DNA from: a virus
Taxonomy: Duplodnaviria > Caudoviricetes
IMG/VR virus record: IMGVR_UViG_3300032135_000023
Coordinates: 1-40,421 of that record
Direction: 5' to 3' (one strand)
Length of the DNA: 40,421 nt
The notes under the pieces are model-generated. The model was not told the origin of the DNA. It was given only the letters and a program-made list of their open reading frames with translations, and did no database searches. The translations under genes were made by a program, and so were the position numbers. Positions 24,951 to 35,023 of this stretch are shown here, piece after piece; the first letter of the stretch is position 1; every line of letters begins with the position of its first letter.

Positions 24951-25454
24951 ATGGCGGCAAAGAGTTCAGGGTACAAGCCGGTCTGGCAGATCAGAACGAA
25001 ACACGGGCGCGGCAGAGCGTTCGCTGATCACGAAGACTTGCGCGCGGCCTGCATCGAGTATTTCGACTGGGTGCACGCCAACCCGTTGTATGAGGCCAAG
25101 GTGGCGTCTTTCCAAGGTAAGCATCAGATCATCGAGGTTCCCAAGCCAAGGGCCATGACGTTGACCGGGCTCAGACTTTACATTGGCGTTGGTGAGACGA
25201 CCTGGACGCGGTGGGAGCAAGGCCAACACGCAGACTTCAAGCAGATTTGCCTGTTCGCACGCGAAGTGATCGAGGACAACAACTTTGTAGGCGCGGCCAG
25301 CGACTTCTTCAACGCCCAACTCATCTCCCGCCAACTTGGACTGGCAGACAAGACCGACCATACCAGCTCAGATGGTTCGATGAGCCCACCCTCCACCGTT
25401 GAACGAGTATTCTATAAGCCGGGGGAGCTTCCGGAGGAAGGTGGTGAAGGCTGA
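24951..25454 (+). CDS. terminase small subunit (P22 gp3-like)
   Basis: HGR, EYFDW..ANPL, PRAMTLTGL, GAA..FFNA.LISRQLGL.DK; strong GGAGG RBS. Confidence 0.88.
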   Translation: MAAKSSGYKPVWQIRTKHGRGRAFADHEDLRAACIEYFDWVHANPLYEAKVASFQGKHQIIEVPKPRAMTLTGLRLYIGVGETTWTRWEQGQHADFKQICLFAREVIEDNNFVGAASDFFNAQLISRQLGLADKTDHTSSDGSMSPPSTVERVFYKPGELPEEGGEG

Positions 25455-26701
25455 TGGCAGCGCTGCCTGAGGTTGCCGGTTGGAAGTTGAGAATCAAGAC
25501 ACCGGCGTGGTCGGAGCCGTTGTTCGGGGAGTCGCGTTACAAAGGGGCAAAAGGCGGGCGATCGTCAGGCAAGTCACACTTCTTCGCAGAGCGCTTGATC
25601 GAGCGCGCTGTTTGCGAGCCAAAGCTGCGCTGGGCTTGTGTGCGTGAAATCCAAAAGTCACTGAAATTCTCCGCAAAGACACTTCTTGAAGACAAGATCA
25701 AGGAGCTGGGCGTCGGTCACATGTTCAGTGTGACGGATAACGAAATCAGAAGGCGCGGCTCCAGCGGTGTCCTCATATTCCAAGGCTTGCAAGACCACAC
25801 TGCAGAATCCATCAAGTCGCTGGAAGGCTTCGACGGCGTTTGGATCGAGGAAGCGCAAAGCATATCCAAGCGCTCACTGGATCTGTTGGATCCGACCATC
25901 CGGAAGGACGGTTCTGAAGTCTGGGCCTCCTGGAACCCGGACCAGCCCACAGACGCGATCGAGCAGCTGTTCCTGAACAACGCTGAAGCCGTGGTTGTTC
26001 ACGTCAACTACCTTGAGAACCCTTGGTGCACCGGCGTTACCAAGTCGCAGGCGAAGCGCACCAAGCTGAAGGACTACGAGGCGTATGCCCATATCTGGCT
26101 TGGCGGTTATAACACGCGCTCGGAAGCGCAAATCTTCCGCGGGTACTGGCGGGTGGATGACTTCATCGCAGACCCGGACGTGTGGGCTGGGCCGTATTAC
26201 GGCATGGACTTCGGCTTCGCCAAAGACCCCACGTGCTTGGTTCGCTGCTGGATCAACGACAACGTGCTGTACATTGACTATGACAAGGGGAAGGTGGGGC
26301 TTGACATCGACAAGACAGCGCCCTTCTTCACCAAAGACCTGCCCACGCTGCCTGAACACGCGGTGAGAGGCGACAGCGCGCGGCCAGAGACAATCAGCTA
26401 CTTGAAAAAGAATGGGATTCCGCGCATAGTTGGCGTCGATAAGTGGCCTGGATCGGTCGTGGACGGCATCGAGTTCATCAAGAGCTTCGATGAGATCGTC
26501 ATTCACACAGATTGTACAGAGATGCAAGATGAGGCTATGCTTTACAGCTTCAAGATTGACCGCAAGACTGACGAGCCGTTACCTGAAGTTGCCAAAGGCC
26601 ACGACCACCGCTGGGATGCTGTGCGTTATGCGTTGGGCAAACTGATCAAGCGACGCGGCGACAATGTTGGTGTATTCGTCCGCAAGAAGAGAGGCCGCTA
26701 A
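25454..26701 (+). CDS. terminase large subunit (PBSX family)
   Basis: GGRSSGKS, WIEEA, PTIRK, GMDFGF..DP, DSARPE, DHRWDAVRY. Confidence 0.95.
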   Translation: MAALPEVAGWKLRIKTPAWSEPLFGESRYKGAKGGRSSGKSHFFAERLIERAVCEPKLRWACVREIQKSLKFSAKTLLEDKIKELGVGHMFSVTDNEIRRRGSSGVLIFQGLQDHTAESIKSLEGFDGVWIEEAQSISKRSLDLLDPTIRKDGSEVWASWNPDQPTDAIEQLFLNNAEAVVVHVNYLENPWCTGVTKSQAKRTKLKDYEAYAHIWLGGYNTRSEAQIFRGYWRVDDFIADPDVWAGPYYGMDFGFAKDPTCLVRCWINDNVLYIDYDKGKVGLDIDKTAPFFTKDLPTLPEHAVRGDSARPETISYLKKNGIPRIVGVDKWPGSVVDGIEFIKSFDEIVIHTDCTEMQDEAMLYSFKIDRKTDEPLPEVAKGHDHRWDAVRYALGKLIKRRGDNVGVFVRKKRGR

Positions 26702-28059
26702 TGGGCATGCAACTGAATCACGCAATGAGGCGCGCTCTGGGCGTCATGTTCCAAGGGTACTTCCCGACGGACACCAAGCACAACCGTCATTACAAAGACT
26801 ATGGCTACCCAGAGAACCTGGAATTCGCTCACTTCAAGCAGATGTACGACCGCAACGGCATAGCCGCGGCAGGCATCGAGCGTATCGTGGACAAGGTGTG
26901 GGAGACCAATCCTTGGCTGCTGCAGGAATCACGCAACAAAGACACTGGCGACGTTCACGTGGAAACGGCCATTGAAGCTGAAGCCCGGAAAGCGTTCGAC
27001 CGGGTGGAGCTGTGGTCCGTCATGCGGGAGGTTCACGCCAGAGCGCGCGTCGGCCGGTTCGCCGCGTTGCTATTGCGCATTGGTGACGACCTGCAACTCA
27101 GGGAGCCTGCCGCCGGAGCGCGCGGGTTGGACGCTCTTGTTTCCGTGCATGCCGTTTGGGAAGGTCAGTTGCGCGTGTCCATCTGGGACGAGGATCAGAC
27201 CTCGCAGAACTACGGCTCACCGCTTATGTACGAATACACTGAAGAGACGCCCAACGGCGTTACGCGAACCATCGACGTGCACCCCTCCCGCTTGGTGATA
27301 TGGTCGCAAGACGGGCGCATCAACACGGGCAAGTATGCGTTGGCGGCGGGCTTCAACGATCTGGTGACGCTGGAGAAGGTTAACGGCGCAGGCGGCGAGG
27401 GCTTCTGGAAGAACGCCAAGAGCGCGCCGGTTCTCAACGTCGATAAGGACGCGGAGCTGAGCAAGTTGGCCTTGCTGCTTGGGGCAGAGGATGAGTCTCA
27501 GATCGCAGAGAAGATGGGTGAGGTCGTTGGTGACTGGCAGGAAGGCTTTGACAAGTTGCTTATGCTTCAAGGTATCGAAACCAAGTCCCTCGGCATTACA
27601 CTCCCTCAACCGTCGGAGTTCCGAGACGGCCCGCTCCAATCATTCGCTGCCTCCTTGCCTTGCCCGCTGAAGGTTCTTCTTGGTTCGCAAACCGGGGAGC
27701 GCGCTTCAACAGAGGACTCCAAGGAGTGGTCGCGCACCGGCATGAGCGTCCGCTTGCGGTTCGTAATACCCAACATCAAGCGCACTCTGAAGGCTCTCAC
27801 AGCGGCTGGCGTGTTGCCACCGGCAGAATGGATCGTGGACTGGGATGACCTCACAGCTCCAGACGGTAAAGACAAGCAAGAGCGCGCCAAGACCATGGCT
27901 GCCATCCGCAAAGACCTTATGGGGAGCGGTGAGATCGTATTCGAAGAGGCTGAAATCCGGGAGGTCATGGGGTATGAGCCTCGCGCGGAAACGGCAACGC
28001 TTGGGGAGGATGATGCAGACCCGGCCAAGCCACTAGGCGATGATGAGGTGGACGCGTGA
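26701..28059 (+). CDS. portal protein (DUF1073-like)
   Basis: 452 aa after TerL; YGYP, Y.RNGIA, VHPSR, GGEGFWKNA, LLGSQTGERASTED. Confidence 0.88.
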   Translation: MGMQLNHAMRRALGVMFQGYFPTDTKHNRHYKDYGYPENLEFAHFKQMYDRNGIAAAGIERIVDKVWETNPWLLQESRNKDTGDVHVETAIEAEARKAFDRVELWSVMREVHARARVGRFAALLLRIGDDLQLREPAAGARGLDALVSVHAVWEGQLRVSIWDEDQTSQNYGSPLMYEYTEETPNGVTRTIDVHPSRLVIWSQDGRINTGKYALAAGFNDLVTLEKVNGAGGEGFWKNAKSAPVLNVDKDAELSKLALLLGAEDESQIAEKMGEVVGDWQEGFDKLLMLQGIETKSLGITLPQPSEFRDGPLQSFAASLPCPLKVLLGSQTGERASTEDSKEWSRTGMSVRLRFVIPNIKRTLKALTAAGVLPPAEWIVDWDDLTAPDGKDKQERAKTMAAIRKDLMGSGEIVFEEAEIREVMGYEPRAETATLGEDDADPAKPLGDDEVDA

Positions 28060-28976
28060 AGTTCGGTTCGCCTCTGATTCCGCGCTCCGACACAGACCCG
28101 ACAGGGCAAGACAAGCGAGAGCGCGCCGCCATGCGCTCAATGCGTCAGCGGCTTGACAAGATTCGACGCCATTACGTTGACGCCCTGAAGGCCATCCCGG
28201 TTGAGGTGGTGGAGATTAACTCGCTGGGCATTTACAACCAGAAGTCATACCAGTTCCAGATCAGCCCGAACGCGCTGGACATGGTGAAGGCAGAGCTCGG
28301 GTCGATCGTTGACCGGGTGCTGCTTGAAGGTGAGCGCAACTCACTGTGGCTGCTCAATCAATACGTTGAACCTTCACGCCAGCAAGGCGCGGCAGACAAC
28401 TGGGTAAACATCAGCACTCAGACAGAAGAGTATCTGCGTGTCCGTCCAGACCTGCAGGCCGTGTTGGCGCGTCCGGAGTACCAGCGTCGTTTGGCGTTGT
28501 TGCGCGGTCGCGTGTTTGAGGATATGGCCGGATTGAGCAGTGATGTGAAGGTTCACTTGGGCCGCATACTCGGAGACGCCGTTGCGCTGGGACTCAACCC
28601 GCGGGAGGTTGCCAAGCAACTCAACTCGCAGGCCACGATCGAGCTGGGCAGGGCCAATCGGATTGCGCGCACGGAGATAACCAACGCATACAAGAACGCG
28701 CGCTTGGAGGAAGCGGATGACGCCTCTCGTGAGCTGGGTTTGCGGTTCATGGAAGTGCACATCTCAGCGTTTAGCCCAACCACACGCGCCACTCACGCGG
28801 CCAGAGACTCAAAGTTGTTCACCACGCAGGAGCAGCGCCAGTGGTATTCGGTTGACGGCAACGCTATAAACTGCAAGTGCGGAACGATAACCGTGCTGGT
28901 GGATTCGCGCGGGGAGCCTGTATCTGCCGCGTTTAGGCGTCGTTTGGCCCAGCGTAGTCAGAAAGCTGTTGCCTAG
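28056..28976 (+). CDS. head morphogenesis protein (SPP1 gp7/Mu F-like)
   Basis: DPTG, RIARTE, TTR..HA.R, INCKC. Confidence 0.88.
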   Translation: MKFGSPLIPRSDTDPTGQDKRERAAMRSMRQRLDKIRRHYVDALKAIPVEVVEINSLGIYNQKSYQFQISPNALDMVKAELGSIVDRVLLEGERNSLWLLNQYVEPSRQQGAADNWVNISTQTEEYLRVRPDLQAVLARPEYQRRLALLRGRVFEDMAGLSSDVKVHLGRILGDAVALGLNPREVAKQLNSQATIELGRANRIARTEITNAYKNARLEEADDASRELGLRFMEVHISAFSPTTRATHAARDSKLFTTQEQRQWYSVDGNAINCKCGTITVLVDSRGEPVSAAFRRRLAQRSQKAVA

Positions 28977-28997
28977 TGTGGTCACACGTCGCATAAT
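28969..28997 (+). promoter_or_regulatory. putative promoter of the capsid genes
   Basis: TTGCCT-N17-CATAAT upstream of the GGAGGTG RBS; spacer holds the GTGTG-GT-CACAC inverted repeat. Confidence 0.6.
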
Positions 28998-29019
28998 GGT
29001 CCCAAATGTTGGAGGTGAT

Positions 29020-30183
29020 ATGCCACAAGTTCTGGTGAATGTACGCGCGAAGGTGAACAACGCTGCGATCCGCAAGGAAACTCGCAACGGGCGCGCTGTG
29101 ATAATCGTTCCCTCAAGAACCTTGCCGGATGACGTCGTGATGAATGACGGTCTGTATCCCGCTGAGGAAATCTCCAATTCATACAAAGGTCTGGAGCGCA
29201 CTCACGCGCCTCTTGGCCACCCGGTACTCAACGGCACGTGGGTTGCCGCGGCAGACCCTGAAGCCGTGGCCAACTTCGGTGTTGGCGCGTGGAATGAGAA
29301 TGTCCGCCGGGAGAACGGTATCGTTCACATGGATAAGGTGATCGATGAGCAGGTGGCCAACTCAACCGAGCGGGGCCGCGAGCTATTACGCGCCATCGAA
29401 GCCAACAAGCCAATCCACAGCTCCACCGGGTTGCGCCTTACCAAGATCATCCGCAACGGGAAGAATAGCAAGGGCAAGGCGTACACTTGGGTTGCTAACA
29501 AGATGCACTTTGACCACGACGCTATCCTGCTCAACGAGATGGGCGCGGCCACGCCGGATGATGGCGTCGGCCTGTTGGTCAACGGTGAACAAACAGAAGT
29601 CATGAACGTGGACTTGCCGGACGAATGGGTTGATTCCATCGCCGACCACATCATGGGCGCTATCGATTCGCAAGAGCGAAGAGAACGGGCCATCACATTC
29701 CGCGAGAAAATCGCAGAATTCGTACGCACTTTGAGCGGCGAAAAAACAGTTGTATCCAATACACACGAGGAGGGCGTCATGTCCGAAATCAAACGGGAAG
29801 AGTTCGACGCCCTGAAGGGCGATGTTGCGAAGTTGGTTGCCAACTCGGAAAAGACTGCGGAAGGGATTGCCACGGCAGTCAACGCCGCTATCAAGCCGCT
29901 GCTGGATCAAGTGGAAGCCAGCAACGCAGCGCAGAAAGCCAAAGACGAGGCCGAGAAGGTTGGGTTGGTTGAGCGCATCGTCAAGGCGAACGTGCTTGAT
30001 AAGGAAACCGCAGAAGAGTTGACTCTCAACGCTCTCCGCAAGATGGGCGAGAAGTGCAAGCCGGGCGCAGCAGCTCCCGTCAGCGGTTCTTGGGCCGGCA
30101 ATCAAGGCGCAAAGGACGAGTTCGAGTCTTACGACATGAACGCTGCCATTGTTGCCGCAACCAAGGAGAGTTCAAATGCCTAA
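29020..30183 (+). CDS. prohead protease/scaffold (DUF2213-like)
   Basis: APLGHP, SSTGL, FDHDAILL.E.GAATP..GVG; helical C-terminal scaffold-like region; GGAGGTG RBS. Confidence 0.8.
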   Translation: MPQVLVNVRAKVNNAAIRKETRNGRAVIIVPSRTLPDDVVMNDGLYPAEEISNSYKGLERTHAPLGHPVLNGTWVAAADPEAVANFGVGAWNENVRRENGIVHMDKVIDEQVANSTERGRELLRAIEANKPIHSSTGLRLTKIIRNGKNSKGKAYTWVANKMHFDHDAILLNEMGAATPDDGVGLLVNGEQTEVMNVDLPDEWVDSIADHIMGAIDSQERRERAITFREKIAEFVRTLSGEKTVVSNTHEEGVMSEIKREEFDALKGDVAKLVANSEKTAEGIATAVNAAIKPLLDQVEASNAAQKAKDEAEKVGLVERIVKANVLDKETAEELTLNALRKMGEKCKPGAAAPVSGSWAGNQGAKDEFESYDMNAAIVAATKESSNA

Positions 30184-30613
30184 TCGAATCTTTCGTGGCC
30201 AGATCGGCGTGACGGTTCCCAAGACCCTCAACCTGCCTGTCGTTGGCGCGTACTTGCCCGGCATTTTCGTTGTTTCCGACGGCACTCAACTCACCGCGGC
30301 GAACGGCGCTGAAGGCCGCGTGCTGGTTCTTGGCAACAAGGACTTCCACGAACAGTCTGTGAACGATGCATACGTTGCTGGTGACACCGGCATCGGCTAT
30401 CGCCCTCGTGACGAAGACGAATATCTGGTGCGTTTCGCTGCTGGTTCTTATACCACCGGACAGGCGCTTTCTATTGGGGCCACTGGCTTGGCAAAAGCTG
30501 CCGCGGTGAGTGACGTTGTCGTCGCTTACTTCGATCAGCCTGACGCCACCCTGTCGGCGAATGATTTTGCTGACGTCGTTATCGCCAAAGGCTATAAGTT
30601 GCCAGCCGCTTAA
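30176..30613 (+). CDS. capsid decoration/cement protein
   Basis: 145 aa, beta-rich, between scaffold and major capsid; AAGGAG RBS. Confidence 0.7.
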   Translation: MPNRIFRGQIGVTVPKTLNLPVVGAYLPGIFVVSDGTQLTAANGAEGRVLVLGNKDFHEQSVNDAYVAGDTGIGYRPRDEDEYLVRFAAGSYTTGQALSIGATGLAKAAAVSDVVVAYFDQPDATLSANDFADVVIAKGYKLPAA

Positions 30614-30627
30614 GGGAGCGAATTGAT

Positions 30628-31626
30628 ATGTTGAAATTTTCCAAGGAACAAGCGACGTTCATCCTGAACACTCGCCGGCATCACGAAGCGCAACACAACT
30701 CCATGATGGCCCAACAAGGCGGTCAGCAGTTGATCGGCAACGCGGCTCCTTTGCCCCGTGACGTTTGGGGTGAGTGGGATCGTGAAGCGGTCGAGCTGCA
30801 GCGTCCTGTGTTGGCTGTGTTCAACAACTTGGCTGCTAGCGTTAGCATGTCCATGCCGTTGGCCAAGCTGATTCACTACTTCCAGACTGTAGGCGATAGC
30901 GGTGACGTCAACATCTCTCTGGACGGCCAGTCCAGCGCGAAGAGTGATCAGCAGTTGTATGAATACCACGGCACTCCGCTGCCCATCATCGACTCGACCT
31001 TCAGCTACGGCTGGCGTCAGATGTTGGCCGCTCAGAGCGAAGGCTATCAGTTGGACGGGGCTGGTCGTATGAACGGCATGCGTCGCGTAGCTGAGAAGCT
31101 TGAGGCGATCGTCCTGGACGGTGACGCTTCGATTGTGGTTGGTTCCTCGCAGCTTTACGGCATGCGCAACCACCCCAACCGTGGCACTCGCGTTACCGGC
31201 GTCGCCCTCAACGGCGCAACCGGCGCTCAGTGGGTCTCGGAGATCGTTAGCACGCTGAAGGTATTGCACGCCAATAACTTCCGCACGCCAGCGACTATCT
31301 TCCTGAACTGGGATGACATGTTCTACGCTTCCAACAACGACTTTTCGGCTCAGTACCCGAACAAGTCAATTCTCCAGCGCATCCGGGAGATTGAAGGCGT
31401 CCAGGAAATCGTTCCGGCCAACTCGGTCAACGCAAGCGAAATCTTCGGTGTTGTTAAGCGTCGGGACGTGGTCCAGATTCTCAACGGCATGCCGATGGCT
31501 ACGCGCGCCAAGTTCCGGGCCGATCCAGAAGACCCCTATGACTTCAAGGTCATGGCTTCTGCCGCTCTGGAAATCAAATTCGACGCCGAGCAGAACTGCG
31601 GCATCGTCCAATCCGCGATTGCGTAA
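30628..31626 (+). CDS. major capsid protein (HK97 fold)
   Basis: 332 aa, position, GTPLPI.DS.F..GWR and YGMRNHPNR motifs. Confidence 0.88.
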   Translation: MLKFSKEQATFILNTRRHHEAQHNSMMAQQGGQQLIGNAAPLPRDVWGEWDREAVELQRPVLAVFNNLAASVSMSMPLAKLIHYFQTVGDSGDVNISLDGQSSAKSDQQLYEYHGTPLPIIDSTFSYGWRQMLAAQSEGYQLDGAGRMNGMRRVAEKLEAIVLDGDASIVVGSSQLYGMRNHPNRGTRVTGVALNGATGAQWVSEIVSTLKVLHANNFRTPATIFLNWDDMFYASNNDFSAQYPNKSILQRIREIEGVQEIVPANSVNASEIFGVVKRRDVVQILNGMPMATRAKFRADPEDPYDFKVMASAALEIKFDAEQNCGIVQSAIA

Positions 31627-31635
31627 GGTGTTGTC

Positions 31636-31911
31636 ATGATTAAGGTTCGCATACTTGGCAAGAACGTGTTTGATAGCAAGGGCGTTCGCGTCCCTGCCGG
31701 CACCGAGCTGGAGCTCAAGTCGATCCCGGCTCACCTCGTGGGCAAAGTCACCGTGATCAGCGGTGGCGACGAAGACGAAGAGGGCGGCAAGGAAGCTGCC
31801 ATCGAGGCTTTGCAGGCGCGCTACAAGGAGCTGGCCGGGCAGGACGCTAAGGCCAATTGGGGCGTTCCAAAGCTCACTCAAGAAATTGCCGCGCTGGAAG
31901 GCGGTAAATAA
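31636..31911 (+). CDS. small virion-associated protein
   Basis: 91 aa after MCP; C-terminal HeH-like 'YKELAG....NWG..KL..EI'. Confidence 0.6.
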   Translation: MIKVRILGKNVFDSKGVRVPAGTELELKSIPAHLVGKVTVISGGDEDEEGGKEAAIEALQARYKELAGQDAKANWGVPKLTQEIAALEGGK

Positions 31912-32300
31912 TGAGCCTGCTAGTGTCAGTCGCAGAGGTTCGAGATGGCTTTCAGACCGAGGCCACTGACACGCAGATTGAGCTGGCAATAGCATTTGCC
32001 GACGGCGCGGATGCCTGCTTGACGAGACGAGGCGTTCCAGAACAGACAGCCAAAGCTCTGAAGACATACGCGGCCCGGCATGTGCTGAGCCTTCAAGCCA
32101 ACGGCGGGCGTGGCAACGTGCGGAGCGAGACTGCTCCGTCCGGCGCTTCCCGTTCGTATGGCGGCTATACGGGGGCGGAAGGTTCCTCTTATGGCTTGCT
32201 CGTGAAGCAACTAGACATTTGGGGCTGTGTGTTCACTCTAATCGACAGGACACCCGGCCTTGCTGCATTTTCTGTTGGACGAAAGGTTGACTCGCATTGA
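31911..32300 (+). CDS. head-tail adaptor
   Basis: 129 aa, SETAPSGASRSY motif, position. Confidence 0.7.
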   Translation: MSLLVSVAEVRDGFQTEATDTQIELAIAFADGADACLTRRGVPEQTAKALKTYAARHVLSLQANGGRGNVRSETAPSGASRSYGGYTGAEGSSYGLLVKQLDIWGCVFTLIDRTPGLAAFSVGRKVDSH

Positions 32301-32635
32301 GTTCCATCGCCAGCTGGAGTTATGCCAACACGGCAACTGTCAAGCCGTTCGCTTCCCGCGATGATTGGGAAGGCGGCGAGACTTATGGCGCTGAGTACGA
32401 AATCGCTTGCACTTGGGAAGCCAAGTCTGAGCAGATGAGGTCTGAAGGCGGGAAGAGCGGAGCGCAAGGCGCTGAGTTCATGTCACGCCACATGATTTAT
32501 ACAGAGGATTTGAGGCCCAAGCGCCTTGATCTGATAAGACTCGGAGACTCCCCTGAGTGGGAGGAAATCCGGGACAGGACAGAATGGGATATGTCACCTT
32601 TTAACGACGTGCCCGATGTGAAACTGGTGACCTGA
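32297..32635 (+). CDS. head closure/stopper protein
   Basis: 112 aa, A.WSY...AT motif, position. Confidence 0.65.
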   Translation: MSSIASWSYANTATVKPFASRDDWEGGETYGAEYEIACTWEAKSEQMRSEGGKSGAQGAEFMSRHMIYTEDLRPKRLDLIRLGDSPEWEEIRDRTEWDMSPFNDVPDVKLVT

Positions 32636-32904
32636 TGAGCGACACGGCCAAGCTGCTGAAGGAAGTTCACGAAGCGCTTGAGGATCACGGCGAGGATCCA
32701 CGCGCTCCAATGATGCGCGCGCTGAGCAGCCTCATCGCAGAATATGACTCTCCCCAATCAGGCGACATACTGCTGACGGCAACGCTGAGTCCTGGGGGTA
32801 AGTACAAGGTCACCGATCAAAATGGCAGGAGCGTGGCAGGCGTCCGCTCCGTGGCGGTATTCGAAGACCCACGCGGCCAACCCGTGTTTCAGGTTAACTT
32901 ATGA
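32635..32904 (+). CDS. hypothetical protein in the neck region
   Basis: 89-aa ORF coupled to neighbours. Confidence 0.55.
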   Translation: MSDTAKLLKEVHEALEDHGEDPRAPMMRALSSLIAEYDSPQSGDILLTATLSPGGKYKVTDQNGRSVAGVRSVAVFEDPRGQPVFQVNL

Positions 32905-33287
32905 CCGCGCGCCGCGTTAAGCGCCAAGCCAACAAGACCTTCACCAAGATGATTGGCCCGGTCACCCGCGATGCCTTGTGGGTTATCCTTAATGAAGCGG
33001 GCGCGGTGGCAGACCTTTTGACGCCGGTAGACACGGCGACCCTGCTCAACAGCAGGTACGCGCCAAACATCAAAGAAATGCGCGGCGGTATGGTCGGGCG
33101 AATCGGCTACACAGCCTCGTATGCAGCAGCGGTGCACGACGCGCCGGGAACCTTGATGGGCTTGCCAAGGCCCAACGGCAGAGGCAATTACTGGGCTCCT
33201 GCCGCGGAACCGGGCTTCCTGACAACAGGATTCGAGGAAACTATCCCGGAAATCCCATCCATTTTGCGGAGTGCTTACGGTGTTTGA
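32901..33287 (+). CDS. neck/tail completion protein (HK97 gp10-like)
   Basis: TPVDTATLLNS, GYTASYAAAVH, FL..GFE. Confidence 0.75.
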   Translation: MTARRVKRQANKTFTKMIGPVTRDALWVILNEAGAVADLLTPVDTATLLNSRYAPNIKEMRGGMVGRIGYTASYAAAVHDAPGTLMGLPRPNGRGNYWAPAAEPGFLTTGFEETIPEIPSILRSAYGV

Positions 33288-33654
33288 TGACTTCCGAGAT
33301 TGGATTAAGCTGCTTTTGGGTGAGAGTTACAGGTACACTCAAGGTCAGTGGGTTGAAGATCAGAGTTCTGAAGGCGATTTTTATTGCGCCATCAGGACTG
33401 AAGGCGGCTCTGCCCCGGACGTTGATGACAGGCGCGTGATGATTCACGTTACCCTTCTGGGGCCGCGCAACGACCGGGGCGCTGTAAAGGCGTTGGGCAT
33501 TGCCTGCCAGACGTTGATGACAGAGTTGGTCGCCGATGAGCGTTCGCTCCCTTGCAACGCCAGCAACATAGGCGCAGCGGGAGAGCCGATCGGCCCAGGT
33601 TATACGACAGAGAACAGAGTTTGGTTCACCCTGGGATTTTCCCTTTTAATGTGA
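33280..33654 (+). CDS. tail terminator protein
   Basis: about 124 aa directly before the tail tube; TTENR..F motif. Confidence 0.65.
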   Translation: MFDDFRDWIKLLLGESYRYTQGQWVEDQSSEGDFYCAIRTEGGSAPDVDDRRVMIHVTLLGPRNDRGAVKALGIACQTLMTELVADERSLPCNASNIGAAGEPIGPGYTTENRVWFTLGFSLLM

Positions 33655-33664
33655 GGAGGCCACC

Positions 33665-34402
33665 ATGGCTTGTAACAAGACGAAATTTGTGGGCCGTGAC
33701 GTGGTCCTGGAAGGATTCATTGCTTGCGGCGACGTGCTACCAATCGAGTCTGACTGGCAGCGTTTCGGTTCCATGCGAACCAAAGAATTCACCTTGGAGT
33801 GGGACACCACCGACGCGACTGACGCAGACACTGTTGGCGCCTTGCGTGAGAATCTGGCGACGTTCTTGTCGCTTGCAATCTCCGGCGACGGCACTGTAAA
33901 AGCCAGCGGCAGCGGCTCTGCATTCCTGAAGACGCTCACCAAGCACGTAGCTAACCCGTCCGTGACAGGCGGTCAACCCAACATCTGGTTGCGCATGACC
34001 TTCCCAGACCTGACGTTCACCTGCTTCATGCTGTTGAGCAACATGAGCCGCAGCGCGCCGTATGACGACGTGGTGACGTACTCGATGGAAGCCTCCGCGA
34101 CTTCCTCTGAGTTCGGCCTGATTGTCGAGGATACACCGGACGCGAATGCTGACGCGGTAACAAGCGTTGACGTTTACCCGACCACGATGGCGCTTGTTGT
34201 CGGTGAGAGCGAAGGTGCTGCCGCGGTGGTTGCTCCCCCAACAGCTCCACAGGGCGTTCAGTGGTTGAGTGATGACGCGCTGGTCGCGACTGTTACTCAG
34301 AACGGCGTTGTAACGGCGACTGGTATCGGCTCTGCCGTCATCACCGCGCGCTCCAGCGACGATGCCCTGATGCTCGATACGATTGCCGTAACCGTGTCGT
34401 GA
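33665..34402 (+). CDS. major tail tube protein with a C-terminal Ig-like (Big_2) domain
   Basis: GRDV.L, APYDDVVTYSME; C-terminal 'V.W.S.D..VATV...GVVTA...G.A.ITA'. Confidence 0.88.
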   Translation: MACNKTKFVGRDVVLEGFIACGDVLPIESDWQRFGSMRTKEFTLEWDTTDATDADTVGALRENLATFLSLAISGDGTVKASGSGSAFLKTLTKHVANPSVTGGQPNIWLRMTFPDLTFTCFMLLSNMSRSAPYDDVVTYSMEASATSSEFGLIVEDTPDANADAVTSVDVYPTTMALVVGESEGAAAVVAPPTAPQGVQWLSDDALVATVTQNGVVTATGIGSAVITARSSDDALMLDTIAVTVS

Positions 34403-35010
34403 TACTGACGGAGTCTGGTGAAATAGGCGTACACGTGAATGATCGCGTGTACGTCTTACGCCCTTCCCTTTACGCCATGACCCAACTAGGAGACCCGCGC
34501 GCAATCGTGGAAACCTACGCGGAGATCATGGCGTATCAACACACGCCTGCGCTTAAGTGGACCCAATTCAAATTGGCCTTGAGCGTCTTGCACGTTTGCG
34601 GCCAAGACGATCTTACAGACGTGTTCGGTTATGTAAACGAGCAAGGCAAGTACGTCAAGAAGCTGGCTGAGTTCGATGACGTTGTCGTTCTGGCTCAGTC
34701 GTTGATGCGACACGGCGTTGTTGGCGCGCAAAAGCCTTTGCCGAGCAGTGCAGAACGAGGGCAAACTTACGCAGAGGCGTTTGATGCCGCTGAATATGTC
34801 TCATCTGCCATAGCGCACTTGGGGATGACGGAGCGCGAGGCTTGGGAGTCAACGATGACCAGTCTGGCAGGTGCTTTTCGCGCCAAGTTCCCTCCGACCG
34901 AAAGTGACGCGCCGGGCGCCAAGGCTCCGACTCGCGAAGAGCACGAGGCGACAGAAGCTTGGTTTGATGAGGTTGATAAGAGGCGCAAAAGGCGAGTTGC
35001 AATACATTGA
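34399..35010 (+). CDS. tail assembly chaperone
   Basis: 203 aa between tube and tape measure; LRPSL.AM..LG.P, FDAAEY..SA.AHLG. Confidence 0.7.
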   Translation: MILTESGEIGVHVNDRVYVLRPSLYAMTQLGDPRAIVETYAEIMAYQHTPALKWTQFKLALSVLHVCGQDDLTDVFGYVNEQGKYVKKLAEFDDVVVLAQSLMRHGVVGAQKPLPSSAERGQTYAEAFDAAEYVSSAIAHLGMTEREAWESTMTSLAGAFRAKFPPTESDAPGAKAPTREEHEATEAWFDEVDKRRKRRVAIH

Positions 35011-35023
35011 AACGGGGTGATTC

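Noticed and set aside
26701-28059. Possible anti-CBASS Acb1 label, often attached to DUF1073-like proteins
   Set aside because: Position after TerL and length fit a portal; no paired HxT/S 2H-phosphoesterase motifs seen
34399-35010. Programmed -1 frameshift in the tail assembly chaperone
   Set aside because: A single ORF fills the space up to the tape measure gene; no second overlapping ORF or clear slippery heptamer seen
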